From the IMG/VR virus record IMGVR_UViG_3300020057_000035, positions 32,001 to 96,000 of that record: DNA of 64,000 bases. One strand, given 5' to 3'. The translations under genes were made by a program, and so were the position numbers. The stretch comes from a virus. Within the stretch, counting starts at the first letter, position 1, and each line of letters opens with the position of its first letter. Shown here in pieces: positions 18,901 to 28,865 of the stretch. Below the pieces are notes generated by a model. The model had not been told where the DNA came from and searched no databases. It was given only the letters and a program-made list of their open reading frames with translations.

Positions 18901-21852
18901 ACTGCTGACACGTTAGTTTCTACTGAAAAAGGGCTTATTAAGATAATTGATTTAATAAATCAAGATATTAAAATAACAGGAGCAGATGGTGAATTACATC
19001 ATATGTCTCGTGCTTGGAAAACAGGTACAAAAGAAATATTTAAACTTACTACTAAGAGTGGTTTTTCTATTAAATTAACATCTGATCATAAGGTTCTTAC
19101 TTCTTCTGGAGACATTAAAGCAAAGGATCTTACTTCTGATATGAAAATTAAACTTAATAGATTTAATTTTGGTAAAGAACACTTAGATATTAGAATTGCT
19201 GAATTTATTGGACTAGCTGTTGGTGATGGATGTAAAACAACAGATGGAGCAATAACAATTACTCTTTCTCCAGAAGAATATACAATGGCTAAACGAATAC
19301 ATGACAATCTTTCTTCTTTTAAATTAGAATTCTCAGAAGATAATTTAGGAAAAAGAAAAACAAGTATTCATCAGCCTCAAAAAACCCTAAGAATAACATG
19401 TAATACAAAATTAATTAATTCTATTTCAGATAAATTTGCTATATTAAATGAAAAATCTGATAAGAAATTATTTACTGATTCTATTTATTCTTTAGATCAA
19501 GAATCAGTAGCTTCTTTATTAAGAGGGCTTTTTTCTGCTGATGCTACAGTAGCAAATTATGGACAAAAATCACAATATATTTCTCTTGATTCTACTTCTT
19601 TAATTCTTCTAGAACAAGTTCAACTTCTTCTTTTGGGGTTTGGAATTAAAGCTAAATTATATAAAAATAGAAAACTAGCTGGTTTTTCTTTACTTCCTGA
19701 TGGAAAAGGTGGGCAAAAAAAGTATCCCACTAACTGTTTGAGAATTTCTAAAGCAGGAAGAAGATTATTTCAAGAGCACATAGGGTTTTTAGAGGGAAGT
19801 AAAAAGAACCTACAACTTAATGATATGAACTCTACCATTTCTTCATATAGTGAACCATTAGAAGATAATTTTTCTTCACTAGAATATATTGGAGAAGAAG
19901 ATGTATATGATTTAACTGAGGGAAGTACTAATCATTTTGTTGCTAATGGGCTAATAGTACATAATTGCAACGAGTATGTCTGGCATAATAATACAGTTTG
20001 TAATCTGGCTTCAATTAATTTAATAAAATATCTTAAAAATGATAATAGTTTTGATACTGAGACGTTTCTAAACGACTGTAAAATAATGATTATAGCCATG
20101 GATATACTTGTAGATTTGAGTTCATATCCAACAAAAACAATAGAAAAAACCTCCAAAAGATATAGAACATTAGGATTAGGTTTTACTAATCTTGGTGCAT
20201 TACTTATGTCTTTAGGAATAGCTTACGATAGTGATGAAGGTAGAGATATAGCAACATCAATTATGTCTGCTATGCAAGTAGCAGCTATTAATCAAAGTCA
20301 AACTTTAGGTGAAGTATTGGGGTCTTATCCAGCATTAAAAAACAATGTAGATCATCAAGCTTCCGTATTACTGAAGCATTATAATTCGTGGAAAACTAAG
20401 AGTTCTATTTATTCTCTCTCTCAAGATATAGATGAGATTTCCTCATCAGAATGGGGAAACGTTATGCCATACAGTCCACGAAGAAATGCTCAATTAAGCG
20501 TGATAGCCCCGACTGGCACGATATCGTTTTTGATGGATTGCGAAACAACAGGAATTGAACCAGTATTAGCTGTTAATGCTAAAAAAGATTTAGTTAACGG
20601 CGGTACATTAGACGTTGGTGTAGATGAATGTGTAAAAGCAGGGATCAATAGCATTAGAAATAATACAATTAATGGAAAAACACTATCTGATCAATATATT
20701 TTGAATTCATACACAAAAATATTTCAAACTAGTCTTGGTGATAATTCTGTCAGCCCAGAAGGACACGTCAAAATGTTAGCTGCTGTGCAGCCTTTTGTGT
20801 CTGGTAGTATTAGTAAAACCTGTAACGTACCAGCAGAGTCCACAATAGAAGATATAGAAAATATCCATATGTTAGCTTGGAAACTAGGAGTTAAAAATAT
20901 TGCTATATTCAGGGATGGAAGCAAGACATATCAACCAGTTAATCAAATTAAAAAAGAAGAAAAACTTACAAGTGAGGCTACCAACGAAATGCACAAGCTC
21001 ATAGAGGCCGCACGCGGAATCAAGATGTCCGCCGAGGAGAAAGAGCGGCAACGGCGGAGTTTCGCCTATGGCAACACTCACGCTGAGAACGAAAAGATAA
21101 CCCGAGCGACAATAGATGATGCGGCTGACAGGCTGACTAATGCACAAGTTATTAGTGTTACACCTACATTAGATTGGAGTGCAATTACCAACACTACAAA
21201 TACTTCTTCTCATGCCTCTATGGTTATTTCTAGTGTTGCTATTTTCCCTGAACCAAAGGGAACAGTAAGAAGAAAACCAAATGGAACAAGAGTAGGAGAT
21301 ACGCATAAGTTCAATATAGCAGAAGATGAATATTACTTAACTATGAACTATTATGAGGATGGGCTACCTTGTGAGATATTCCTGAGAAATAATAAACACG
21401 GTTCTAATATCGGTGGTTGGGTTGATGCTTTTTCTATTGCAATTAGTTTTGGACTCCAACATGGTGTGCCTATAGAAAAATTCATAGAGCAATTTAGAAG
21501 AAGTAACTTCTTACCTAGTGGTTTAGTAGAAAGCGACTCCAGTATTAAAATGGCAGATAGTCCATTAGACTATGTGGTAAGATGGATAGAGCACAAACTA
21601 CAACACAATAAAGAAGACAAGAGATTTAACAAGAATGTGACACAATTAGATACTAGTACAGTATCCGTAGTCCCTACTTATGTCTCTTCTTATTCTCATG
21701 AACCTGATATTTATCCTAGTTTAAAAACTAATACTAGATTAAGATCTGGAGCACCAACAGAGTGTCCTTTCTGTGCTAGTGATGATATTAGAGATACAGG
21801 AACTTGTTTCACTTGTGGTACTTGCGGAGAGTCTATAGGAGGATGCGCTTAG
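15904..21852 (+). CDS. nrdJ: Class II (B12-dependent) ribonucleotide reductase with three inteins, C-terminal TSCPD domain and Zn ribbon
   Basis: FNTPVWCN, KSGGK/TRRAA, ASNP/CNE, CNLASIN, IAPTGTIS, ISKTCNVP. Confidence 0.95.
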   Translation: MKTVDIKLGDFEKKGISAPDSWSEKAIGIAARIYMTPDEYSIYDLIDRVVNRIVETGERLNYFPQVIKKEEFKYKLRDILLDQKAAFNTPVWCNVGVPHRDEQSWACIQYDTRMLTNRGLEKIGEIENLNRLFYTPNGWSDGFSWKTGTKKTINISLSNGMNITTTLDHKFVVGEALEEAQFLNNFKLEPFLGKGNWINGNDLDLSFIELTKLGYIQGDGCVSNEGWVGYFGEKDNDVRDFFGNEEGTIRSSQETGIYFGKYTSLNKAADLLGLERVSLPNRDLPKNSFTLTPEGMAAFLRGLYSANGYVLVDKKNASRISLKTTSISLAINTQRMLLALGIRSSVNSKKSKNIIWKNGEYISKKAYELNILSNEYKEKFQELIGFIHEYKNNKINTALSTTKRESRYIKIPVVINIEEMEEQEVYDFNVKDNSHVGWANGFAVHNCLILDVKDSMKSIEEGWLIESKTFQGGSGSGVNVSKIRADGEPIVGGGYGSGPISLWMRPTDSIAGVVKSGGKCLAGNQKVYTNNGPKEVKELADSNEKFIVLSYDPPAKRYKAKWASAWKSGQKEVIRITTDKGYFDLSYDHPIRLSDTTVVKTEDLVVGQSLFACSIDESEGYVRVHLRDGKKGKEKLHRLLAKDILNEKIDGMSVHHLDCNKTNNSLHNIAVLTQKEHSAIHATMQVENNSHVFQISTFSHAGIDNGMHSSGTFWSNEEKAKEFRKKKSEELLTRGDAANMQKTAVKQKMINTGFKLINLGCDISTFDSYVSARKTNIGPLGCSTKKIEEKFINQFGGYNNYIKELSNLNHRVVSIESLGIMDVYSVEVECPTLDDKTSESGHNFVIWSNASDSVYGSGIVVFNTRRAAKLICMDVDHPEIMDFIKLKAKAEKMARDLLNLDYDISMTGKDSANIPFQNANNSVRVTDKFMNAVENDLDWETTYRTTGEVAKTYKARDLWYEIAKASWDCGDPGLQFHDTTNAMNSCLNDGEIVASNPCVTADTLVSTEKGLIKIIDLINQDIKITGADGELHHMSRAWKTGTKEIFKLTTKSGFSIKLTSDHKVLTSSGDIKAKDLTSDMKIKLNRFNFGKEHLDIRIAEFIGLAVGDGCKTTDGAITITLSPEEYTMAKRIHDNLSSFKLEFSEDNLGKRKTSIHQPQKTLRITCNTKLINSISDKFAILNEKSDKKLFTDSIYSLDQESVASLLRGLFSADATVANYGQKSQYISLDSTSLILLEQVQLLLLGFGIKAKLYKNRKLAGFSLLPDGKGGQKKYPTNCLRISKAGRRLFQEHIGFLEGSKKNLQLNDMNSTISSYSEPLEDNFSSLEYIGEEDVYDLTEGSTNHFVANGLIVHNCNEYVWHNNTVCNLASINLIKYLKNDNSFDTETFLNDCKIMIIAMDILVDLSSYPTKTIEKTSKRYRTLGLGFTNLGALLMSLGIAYDSDEGRDIATSIMSAMQVAAINQSQTLGEVLGSYPALKNNVDHQASVLLKHYNSWKTKSSIYSLSQDIDEISSSEWGNVMPYSPRRNAQLSVIAPTGTISFLMDCETTGIEPVLAVNAKKDLVNGGTLDVGVDECVKAGINSIRNNTINGKTLSDQYILNSYTKIFQTSLGDNSVSPEGHVKMLAAVQPFVSGSISKTCNVPAESTIEDIENIHMLAWKLGVKNIAIFRDGSKTYQPVNQIKKEEKLTSEATNEMHKLIEAARGIKMSAEEKERQRRSFAYGNTHAENEKITRATIDDAADRLTNAQVISVTPTLDWSAITNTTNTSSHASMVISSVAIFPEPKGTVRRKPNGTRVGDTHKFNIAEDEYYLTMNYYEDGLPCEIFLRNNKHGSNIGGWVDAFSIAISFGLQHGVPIEKFIEQFRRSNFLPSGLVESDSSIKMADSPLDYVVRWIEHKLQHNKEDKRFNKNVTQLDTSTVSVVPTYVSSYSHEPDIYPSLKTNTRLRSGAPTECPFCASDDIRDTGTCFTCGTCGESIGGCA
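16222..17241 (+). mobile_element. RNR intein 1 (LAGLIDADG), 340 aa
   Basis: SWA|CIQYD...TLDH...GYIQGDG...RGLYSANG...AVHN|CLIL. Confidence 0.92.
17461..18492 (+). mobile_element. RNR intein 2 with HNH endonuclease, 344 aa
   Basis: GGK|CLAGN...SYDH...LHRL...VHHLDCNKTNN...VVFN|TRRAA. Confidence 0.9.
18895..19965 (+). mobile_element. RNR intein 3 (LAGLIDADG) at the thiyl-radical cysteine, 357 aa
   Basis: SNP|CVTAD...TSDH...GLAVGDG...RGLFSADA...IVHN|CNE. Confidence 0.93.
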
Positions 21853-22965
21853 TATGATGGACCAAAAACTAATTCAGTGGTATTACTATTTGTACGATTC
21901 ACAGATTGTTGACTTATTAGTAAAACTTGACAAAGAAAATAAAAAGAAGTAATATAACAAACACATACATTATGATGTCTAAAAAAATTAATAAAATGAC
22001 GATATGAAAATTTTGAGGAAAAATGATAGAAGAAGAAACTGTTAAATATTTAAATACAATTATTAAATGTGCAGAGTGTACAGGAGTAATACTTGTAGAA
22101 GAGTGCAACGTTTTGTTTCAACAACGAACATTACATATGAGATGTTTACCTGTTAAAAGACCATCGTGGATTGTGTATACATGTAAACACAGTTTAAATT
22201 GTCATGATAGACCTGTAAATAGAGAAATTGAAAAAGCAAGATCAAATAGAGAAGATGATTCTCGGAAAGTACCAGCATGAGATTAGTAGATTACATAGTA
22301 TCAATAGGGTATATATTTATATTTATTATTTGCGCTATAGCATTAGTAAATCCAGATATTTTGCCATTATTTATAAGAATAGGATTAGCAATAGGATTAT
22401 GTATACCAGCATTAGGGAACTTAATGTTCATGATAAATAATGGAAAAAATAAAGAAACTAACACAGATAGTAGCTGAATTAGGTTTAGATATTAAAGAGA
22501 TAAACGCCTTAATAATTAATCTTGAATACTTTATTCCACAATTTGAGAACTACATTCAAGATACAAATACACAAATAGAAATATTGAGAAAAGAAAAACA
22601 GATGATAGAAATGTACCTTCATGTCCAAAGAAATTAAGGGTCCATTTATTCCAAAAGAGATATGCTCTTGTTCTTCTCCTAAAATAGAAAGCTATATAGA
22701 TTTACTAGTTGGTTGGGGAAGAAGATGGTGTGTTTACTGCAACAAGCACTATAAGTGGGGAGTCAAGGATGTTTAGAAGAGACGAAATCGCAAAAGGCAC
22801 TAATAAAATGCCTTGGGTAGAAAGAGTACCGAACGATCTACTTAAGCAAAAACCAAAAACAATAGAAAAATGGTATAATAGAGATAGTACTATTAAATGC
22901 TTTATTTGTGCATTATCTATAGGTACACTAATTAAAGTTAAAGACGGGATTTATACGCATAAAAA

Positions 22966-25473
22966 TTGTCAAGTGAATTAAGTCCAATTGACGCCATAAA
23001 ACAAATGGCGAAAGACAACTTAGCAATATACATTAGTTTAGTTCATAAAACAGATAGTGGAGGAATGGCAATTCCTCCAGCGCATATCTTAAATAAAATA
23101 ATTCCAGTACTAGAAGACGAAACTAACGGACATACACTAATTATTGCTCCTCCCGGTAGTGCAAAAACCAATACAATGATCGCTTACTGTTGTTGGTTAT
23201 TAGGCAAAAATCCTAATTTACATATTGGGTATTTGAGTTCTACTTCTACTCAAGCAACACAAAGATCTGTTGCTATTAGAGATATTATAGATTTAAGTAA
23301 AGAATATAGAGATATATTTCCTTTAACTTTGCCTGATAAAAGTAGAGGATGGGCAGAAGCAGAATGGTTCGTTAAGAGAGCAGATGTAGGGGATAAAAAT
23401 GCCTCTATGATTATATCTGGTACTCCGGGAAACATTCTTGGTTCTAGATTAGACTTAATTGTGTTGGATGACATAGCGGATGAAGAAAATATGGCAACTG
23501 CTTTACAAAGAGCAAAGGTTATTAACTTTCTGCAAAAAACAGTAGATACAAGACTAACTCCATTAGGTAGAATAGTACTAATCTGTGTTACTGGAGACAG
23601 TAAAGTATCTACTAATAAAGGACCAATAGAAATAAAGGATATAAAAATTGGAGATCTAGTTTGGTCTTTAAATGAAAATAAACAATTTGAATTACAAAAA
23701 GTAACAGATCAATTTTCAACTGGGATAAATAAAGTATTTAAAGTATCTACTAGATTGAAAGAAGTAAAGGCCACTGCATATCATCCATTTCTTTGTATTG
23801 AAGATGATGGATCTTTAGTATATAAAAAAGTAGAAGATCTTAAGAAAAGAGATAAATTAGTAGTTGAGCATGAATTACCTGAATATGGAACACCATATGA
23901 ATTATCAGATGGAACATTTACAGACTCTGATTTTATGTGGTTATTTGGGTTTTTAACTGGAGACGGGTGGGTAACTGCTAGAAATAGAGCCGCCAAATGG
24001 CTTGTTTGTATGGCAAAAGGTGTGCATAAAGAAGTTAATGATAAAGCTTTTTCTCTGTTTACTAAATTCGGAAAAAAAGAACCATCCTATACTAGATTTG
24101 GGTATTGGAGATTAGATGATGCCCCTACTGGTAGATACGGATTCAAGAGAAACTTAGGACAGATACTAATAGATGCAGAATTTCAACAAGGAGCATGTAA
24201 TAAATCTGTTCCTGATTGGATTTACACATTACCTAATGATCAACGTAAGGCTTTTATTCTTGGTCTTTTAGCGGCGGACGGACATAAAGGCACTTATTCT
24301 AATAATTCATATATATTATCCTCAGTAAGTAAGTGTTTAGTTGAGAAAACAAGACTGTTAGCTATGACGTGTGGGATTACACCAGCTAAATTACGAGAAA
24401 GCACTAGAATAATACAAGCACCGCACTCTAAAGCCCCGTCTCTTCACACAGAATTCTCTTGTTCTTTTAATTTTGATTATAATGTAAAAAAGAACCATAT
24501 TATTCATAATAATGGTTTACATTATGAGTTTGTTAAAGAAATTGAGTATTCAGGAGAGGAAGAAACTTTCGATATTACAGTAGAAAACACACATAACTTT
24601 GTTGTAGACGGTATGACAACCGCAAATTGTACGAGATGGTCAGAATCTGATCCAGCAGATTGGGCAATGAAGCAAGGCTGGAAAAAAGTACATATTAAAG
24701 CAATAGATGAAGAGGGCAGAGCTTACTGGCCTGATTATTGGCCTATTGAGAGATTAGCTTGTCCTGATAACATACATGGTAAGATTTTATTAACTGATGG
24801 GGGGAACGCATGCTACATGCAACCACTGCCTTCTGGTGGATTTAGACCAATTAACTGCAAGAAAAGAGCAGGTTCTGTTGCTTTTGCTCAACAGTATCAA
24901 GGTGAAGTATTTGACGAAGAAAGCAGTATAATCAAAAGAAGCTGGTGGAAATCATATGAAAAACTACCAGAAAGTACAATAGAAAAACCAATAGATTTAA
25001 TAGGCGGTATCTTTATTGATACTGCACATACAGAAAAAACATATTCTGATTACTCTGTAGCAACTGTCATGTATACAGATGGTAATAAGTTTTATATAGA
25101 AAACTTAATGAGAAAAAAATTAGAATTCCCTAGACTAAAAGATGAAATTAAAATTATTAAATCAAGATATGACTTACCGCTCTATATTGAGTCAAGTGTT
25201 GGTTCCTTAGCTTTAATTTCTGAACTTAAACAAGATTTTCCAGACGTAATAGCGTGGGAAAATAAAGGAAAAAGTAAAATGACCAGAGTACAATCTATTA
25301 TAGGTAAAATAGAAGGCAATGGTGTGTATCTAAAACAAGATTCTCCTTGGGTAGAGGACTTTATATCAGAATGTGAAGCTTTTCCACACGGAAGACACGA
25401 TGATCAAGTAGACGCTTTGTCTATGGGTTTAATGATTCTTGGTCCAAGTAAGATTGTTTGGACTACGATCTAA
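22966..25473 (+). CDS. terL: Terminase large subunit with intein
   Basis: APPGSAKT Walker A, LIVLDD Walker B, C/TRW coupling motif, IDTA...SDYS, FPHGRHDDQVDA nuclease domain. Confidence 0.92.
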   Translation: MSSELSPIDAIKQMAKDNLAIYISLVHKTDSGGMAIPPAHILNKIIPVLEDETNGHTLIIAPPGSAKTNTMIAYCCWLLGKNPNLHIGYLSSTSTQATQRSVAIRDIIDLSKEYRDIFPLTLPDKSRGWAEAEWFVKRADVGDKNASMIISGTPGNILGSRLDLIVLDDIADEENMATALQRAKVINFLQKTVDTRLTPLGRIVLICVTGDSKVSTNKGPIEIKDIKIGDLVWSLNENKQFELQKVTDQFSTGINKVFKVSTRLKEVKATAYHPFLCIEDDGSLVYKKVEDLKKRDKLVVEHELPEYGTPYELSDGTFTDSDFMWLFGFLTGDGWVTARNRAAKWLVCMAKGVHKEVNDKAFSLFTKFGKKEPSYTRFGYWRLDDAPTGRYGFKRNLGQILIDAEFQQGACNKSVPDWIYTLPNDQRKAFILGLLAADGHKGTYSNNSYILSSVSKCLVEKTRLLAMTCGITPAKLRESTRIIQAPHSKAPSLHTEFSCSFNFDYNVKKNHIIHNNGLHYEFVKEIEYSGEEETFDITVENTHNFVVDGMTTANCTRWSESDPADWAMKQGWKKVHIKAIDEEGRAYWPDYWPIERLACPDNIHGKILLTDGGNACYMQPLPSGGFRPINCKKRAGSVAFAQQYQGEVFDEESSIIKRSWWKSYEKLPESTIEKPIDLIGGIFIDTAHTEKTYSDYSVATVMYTDGNKFYIENLMRKKLEFPRLKDEIKIIKSRYDLPLYIESSVGSLALISELKQDFPDVIAWENKGKSKMTRVQSIIGKIEGNGVYLKQDSPWVEDFISECEAFPHGRHDDQVDALSMGLMILGPSKIVWTTI
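23584..24627 (+). mobile_element. TerL intein (LAGLIDADG), 348 aa
   Basis: VLI|CVTGD...TAYH...GFLTGDG...GLLAADG...TTAN|CTRW. Confidence 0.92.
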
Positions 25474-25908
25474 ATGTCTTTTCCTATTTACGTGCGCTCT
25501 GGTAGCATTTCTATACGAGATATTCAATCACAAGATCTTATTCAATCTGTTGATCCGGCTTATATATTAGGAATAACAACTAAACTAATTGATAAACTGT
25601 ATGTTGGATTAAATAAAACAATAAGAATAACAACAGAAAACAATCAAATAGTTGTATCAGAAAATCAATTAATACTAACAACAGAATTTAATCCTATATT
25701 AGAAATAAAACACTATATTCTTAAAAAAATAACAGACTTATTATCTGGTGATGAGATTATTTGTATAGACATAGAAAACAAAATAACTGAACAAATAATA
25801 GAAGAAATTACACCAAATAAAATAGAGGAAACGTTTGATATAATAGTAGAAAGGAATAGATTATTTGTTTTGAATGAATTTGTTTTTTCAAATGAGGAAA
25901 TAGAATAA
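25474..25908 (+). CDS. Stand-alone degenerate Hint (mini-intein-like) protein
   Basis: ISIRDIQSQDLIQS, DLLSGDEI, ETFDIIVERNRLFVLNEFVFSN resemble intein blocks A, N4, F/G. Confidence 0.75.
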   Translation: MSFPIYVRSGSISIRDIQSQDLIQSVDPAYILGITTKLIDKLYVGLNKTIRITTENNQIVVSENQLILTTEFNPILEIKHYILKKITDLLSGDEIICIDIENKITEQIIEEITPNKIEETFDIIVERNRLFVLNEFVFSNEEIE

Positions 25909-26271
25909 TATGAGTAATGACAGCAAACACAGCATTCCTTGTCCGGGTGTAGCACCTATTTTCGGTCATACTATTCCATGTAATAAAATATATCAACATA
26001 ATGGAGCATGTTTAAATTATGAGTTAGTATCATATTGGTGTTGGCCGTGTGAGAGTTTTGGATGTGAACACTTAAGTTCAGAAGAAATTGTTTTTAACAT
26101 AGATCAACAACTAACAACAAGTATGTACACATATATGGTAAATGAACGAGAGAGACAATCAAGAGAGAATATGTTGAATTCTTTCACAAAGACATTAGAG
26201 AAACTAGGAACTACACTTGACAATGAGCTTGAGATATAGTATGCTTGTGAAAACTAACGAAACAGGGTGTC

Positions 26272-26646
26272 ATGAGTAGTAAGGATATAGTCGGTTGGGT
26301 GGAAAAGGGGTGGCTCAATTATTGTAATGATTGCGAAAGAAATAAAGAACCAATCTCTTTATATTTTGTAAAATCATCAGATATAAGTAGAAATCCCATG
26401 ATAAGGTATAAGTCTAATCAATTTACAGAGCTACACAAATGTAATGAAATTAGACCTATTTATATTAAACAAATCCAAGAAGTTGTAAAACAGAAATATC
26501 TTAAAGAAGGCAGTAAAGTTAAAATGAAAACTTCTGGTATAGAGGCAGTAGTACATAGAATATTTGCTAGTGGAAGTGTAACATTAAAGGTAGCTGGTCA
26601 AGCAGGTGTTTTAAGAGTAAGAAAGAACGAATTGGAATTAATTTGA
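26272..26646 (+). CDS. Hypothetical protein with SH3/KOW-like C-terminus
   Basis: LKEGSKVKMK...RVRKNELELI. Confidence 0.5.
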   Translation: MSSKDIVGWVEKGWLNYCNDCERNKEPISLYFVKSSDISRNPMIRYKSNQFTELHKCNEIRPIYIKQIQEVVKQKYLKEGSKVKMKTSGIEAVVHRIFASGSVTLKVAGQAGVLRVRKNELELI

Positions 26647-26817
26647 AGAAATCACTAGAAGAAATATGGGCAGAAAAAACATACAAACTACTAAAGAAAT
26701 ACGAATGGGTAAATGACCACGAGTGTCTTACGTTTTGTATGAGTGGGTATTTAAGTAGTCATGTTCTTAAACATTCTGAAAAATGTGAACTAAATTCTTT
26801 ATTAAAAGAATGGGAAA

Positions 26818-27231
26818 ATGAATAATTTGGAAGAACGAGAACCAGAGATAAAAGAATCAGGACATTATGATCCTAGTAATAAATTAAAAGAAGACACACC
26901 AGATAGTATTTTTCATAGAGCACAAATCTTATTAAAGAATGAAAGCAAATGGTGTCAAAACTCTGTAGCTATAAACAGAAACGGAGAAAAAGTAAGTGCT
27001 TTACATAAAGATGCAGTAGCTTGGGATATCTACGGTGCTATTATGAAAACATGTAACCAGTATAGACCAGATCTTCTTATAAAAACATTAGACTATTTAG
27101 AGACATTAAATCTAGGAAAGTTTAGTTCCATTATAGATCTAAATGATTATGGTACTCATAGTGATGTTTATTGGTTATTGTCAAAAGCGGCAATAGATTA
27201 TAAATTGTGGAAAAAACGTGTTAATTCTTAG
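26818..27231 (+). CDS. Phage hypothetical protein
   Basis: WCQNSVA...AVAWDIYGAI motif. Confidence 0.6.
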   Translation: MNNLEEREPEIKESGHYDPSNKLKEDTPDSIFHRAQILLKNESKWCQNSVAINRNGEKVSALHKDAVAWDIYGAIMKTCNQYRPDLLIKTLDYLETLNLGKFSSIIDLNDYGTHSDVYWLLSKAAIDYKLWKKRVNS

Positions 27232-27296
27232 TTGGCAAATTTGGCTTGTTGTTTTGTTCATAGTTTTGTTTTTTCTTATTTTAAATGGGATTCGTA

Positions 27297-27464
27297 ATGA
27301 CAGACATTGAATTAAATTTCGAGGGTTATTGTGAGATATGTGATGTTGCCCTCAGAGAAGATGCTATTAGAAAAGGTGAAAGTCTTTGTATAGAATGTGC
27401 ATCAAGAAGAAAGAAATCGCAAAAAACTAAAAGAGAAAAAGATCCTTGGCCGGAGAAGTATTAA
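27297..27464 (+). CDS. Small C4 zinc-finger protein (DksA/TraR-like finger), 55 aa
   Basis: GYCEICD...LCIECA; below ORF-track cutoff. Confidence 0.55.
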   Translation: MTDIELNFEGYCEICDVALREDAIRKGESLCIECASRRKKSQKTKREKDPWPEKY

Positions 27465-28652
27465 TATTAAAAGATCTATTGTTTTAGATGTTCTAGTTAC
27501 TTACCAAAAAGAAATAGAAAAACGTAAACAAGAAGCAGTAGGGTATGAAACTTTATTAAAAGAGATAAAATTAAAAATAGGAAAAGTTTCTATTATGATA
27601 GCTGGCCCTTTACATTTAGCAGATAATTGTGTACAGTGTCAAGACGACATTATAGAGGCAAAACTAAATTTAAATTCTGCGTGGGCACTCTTGACAAATC
27701 ATCAAAACAGTGGTCCGCTAGACTCAGACAAAGAAGATACTAGAATCGAACAGCATTAAGAGATTTACAAAATAGCGTAAGTGGACTTAGTTTGTATGTT
27801 GATCAAATACATTCGGGGATTAGGATTAACAATGATTGAAAAAATAGCTAAAATAGAAAAAACACAACTTGGAATTATGAAAAAGAAAGATTTATTACAT
27901 TTAGCTGCGGAACTACTTCAGGGTAGGGGTTGGGACTACGACGACTCAGATGAAACTGTATATTGTCTTAATTGTTTAGGGGAAAAATATATTCACACTG
28001 ATACATGTGAGTTAAAGAAATTTCAAGATCAATTTTTACTTAAATACCCAGATTCTTCCATTACTTTTTATAGATAATGATAAAAGAAAAATTCATGTGG
28101 GAAAAAGTTAATGAAAGAGTTTCTATAATAGAGGATTTAGCTCAATGGTACAAAGAAACAGAAAATAAGTTTTTAACTGGTGAAAATGTGAATAGACTAA
28201 CAGAACTATGCGAAAGGGCACAAAAATTAGTAAATGTTAAATAAAATAACTATTTATATTCCTGAGGGGAAAGCTTAATGAGTGCAGAAGAAGGATCAAT
28301 ATGTCTTACATATATTGGTCAAGTAACATGCTACGGATCAGAAGAGTGTTTATTACCGCCTACTTTTAGATTAGATATTGGTGAGTACTCTGATTGGAAT
28401 GGTGGGGTATACTTGTGTCATGCCCATGCCACTATCGCAATAGAGGAAGCAATTAAAAATAGGTATCAATGGCTTGATTTAGATTATTATAATAAACTTA
28501 ACAAAGAAACAATAGATGGATTCAAACTAGAGCGAGATAATTTTTACTCTGCTGTTAATATAGAGTTGGAAAAAGGAAAGTAAGTATAATGATGGCTTTA
28601 TTAAATGGTCCTTTTAATTGAAATGCAGAAAATACTACGTGCGATAAATGTA

Positions 28653-28857
28653 ATGAATAGTGTACGAGTGCTTTCACTTTTCGACGGAATGTCTGTCGCA
28701 TACACAAGTCCGTAAACTAACTCCTATAGAGTGTGAGAGACTTCAAGGACTTGAGGACAATTTCACAAAAGGTGTTTCAAATACTCAACGTTATAAAATG
28801 TTGGGTAACGCATTTAATGCAGATATAATAGCACATATACTTTCGAATATTAAATAA
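28653..28857 (+). pseudogene. C5-cytosine methyltransferase with large internal deletion
   Basis: VRVLSLFDGMSVA (motif I) joined out of frame to RKLTPIECERLQG...RYKMLGNAF (motifs IX-X). Confidence 0.85.
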
Positions 28858-28865
28858 GGAAAATA

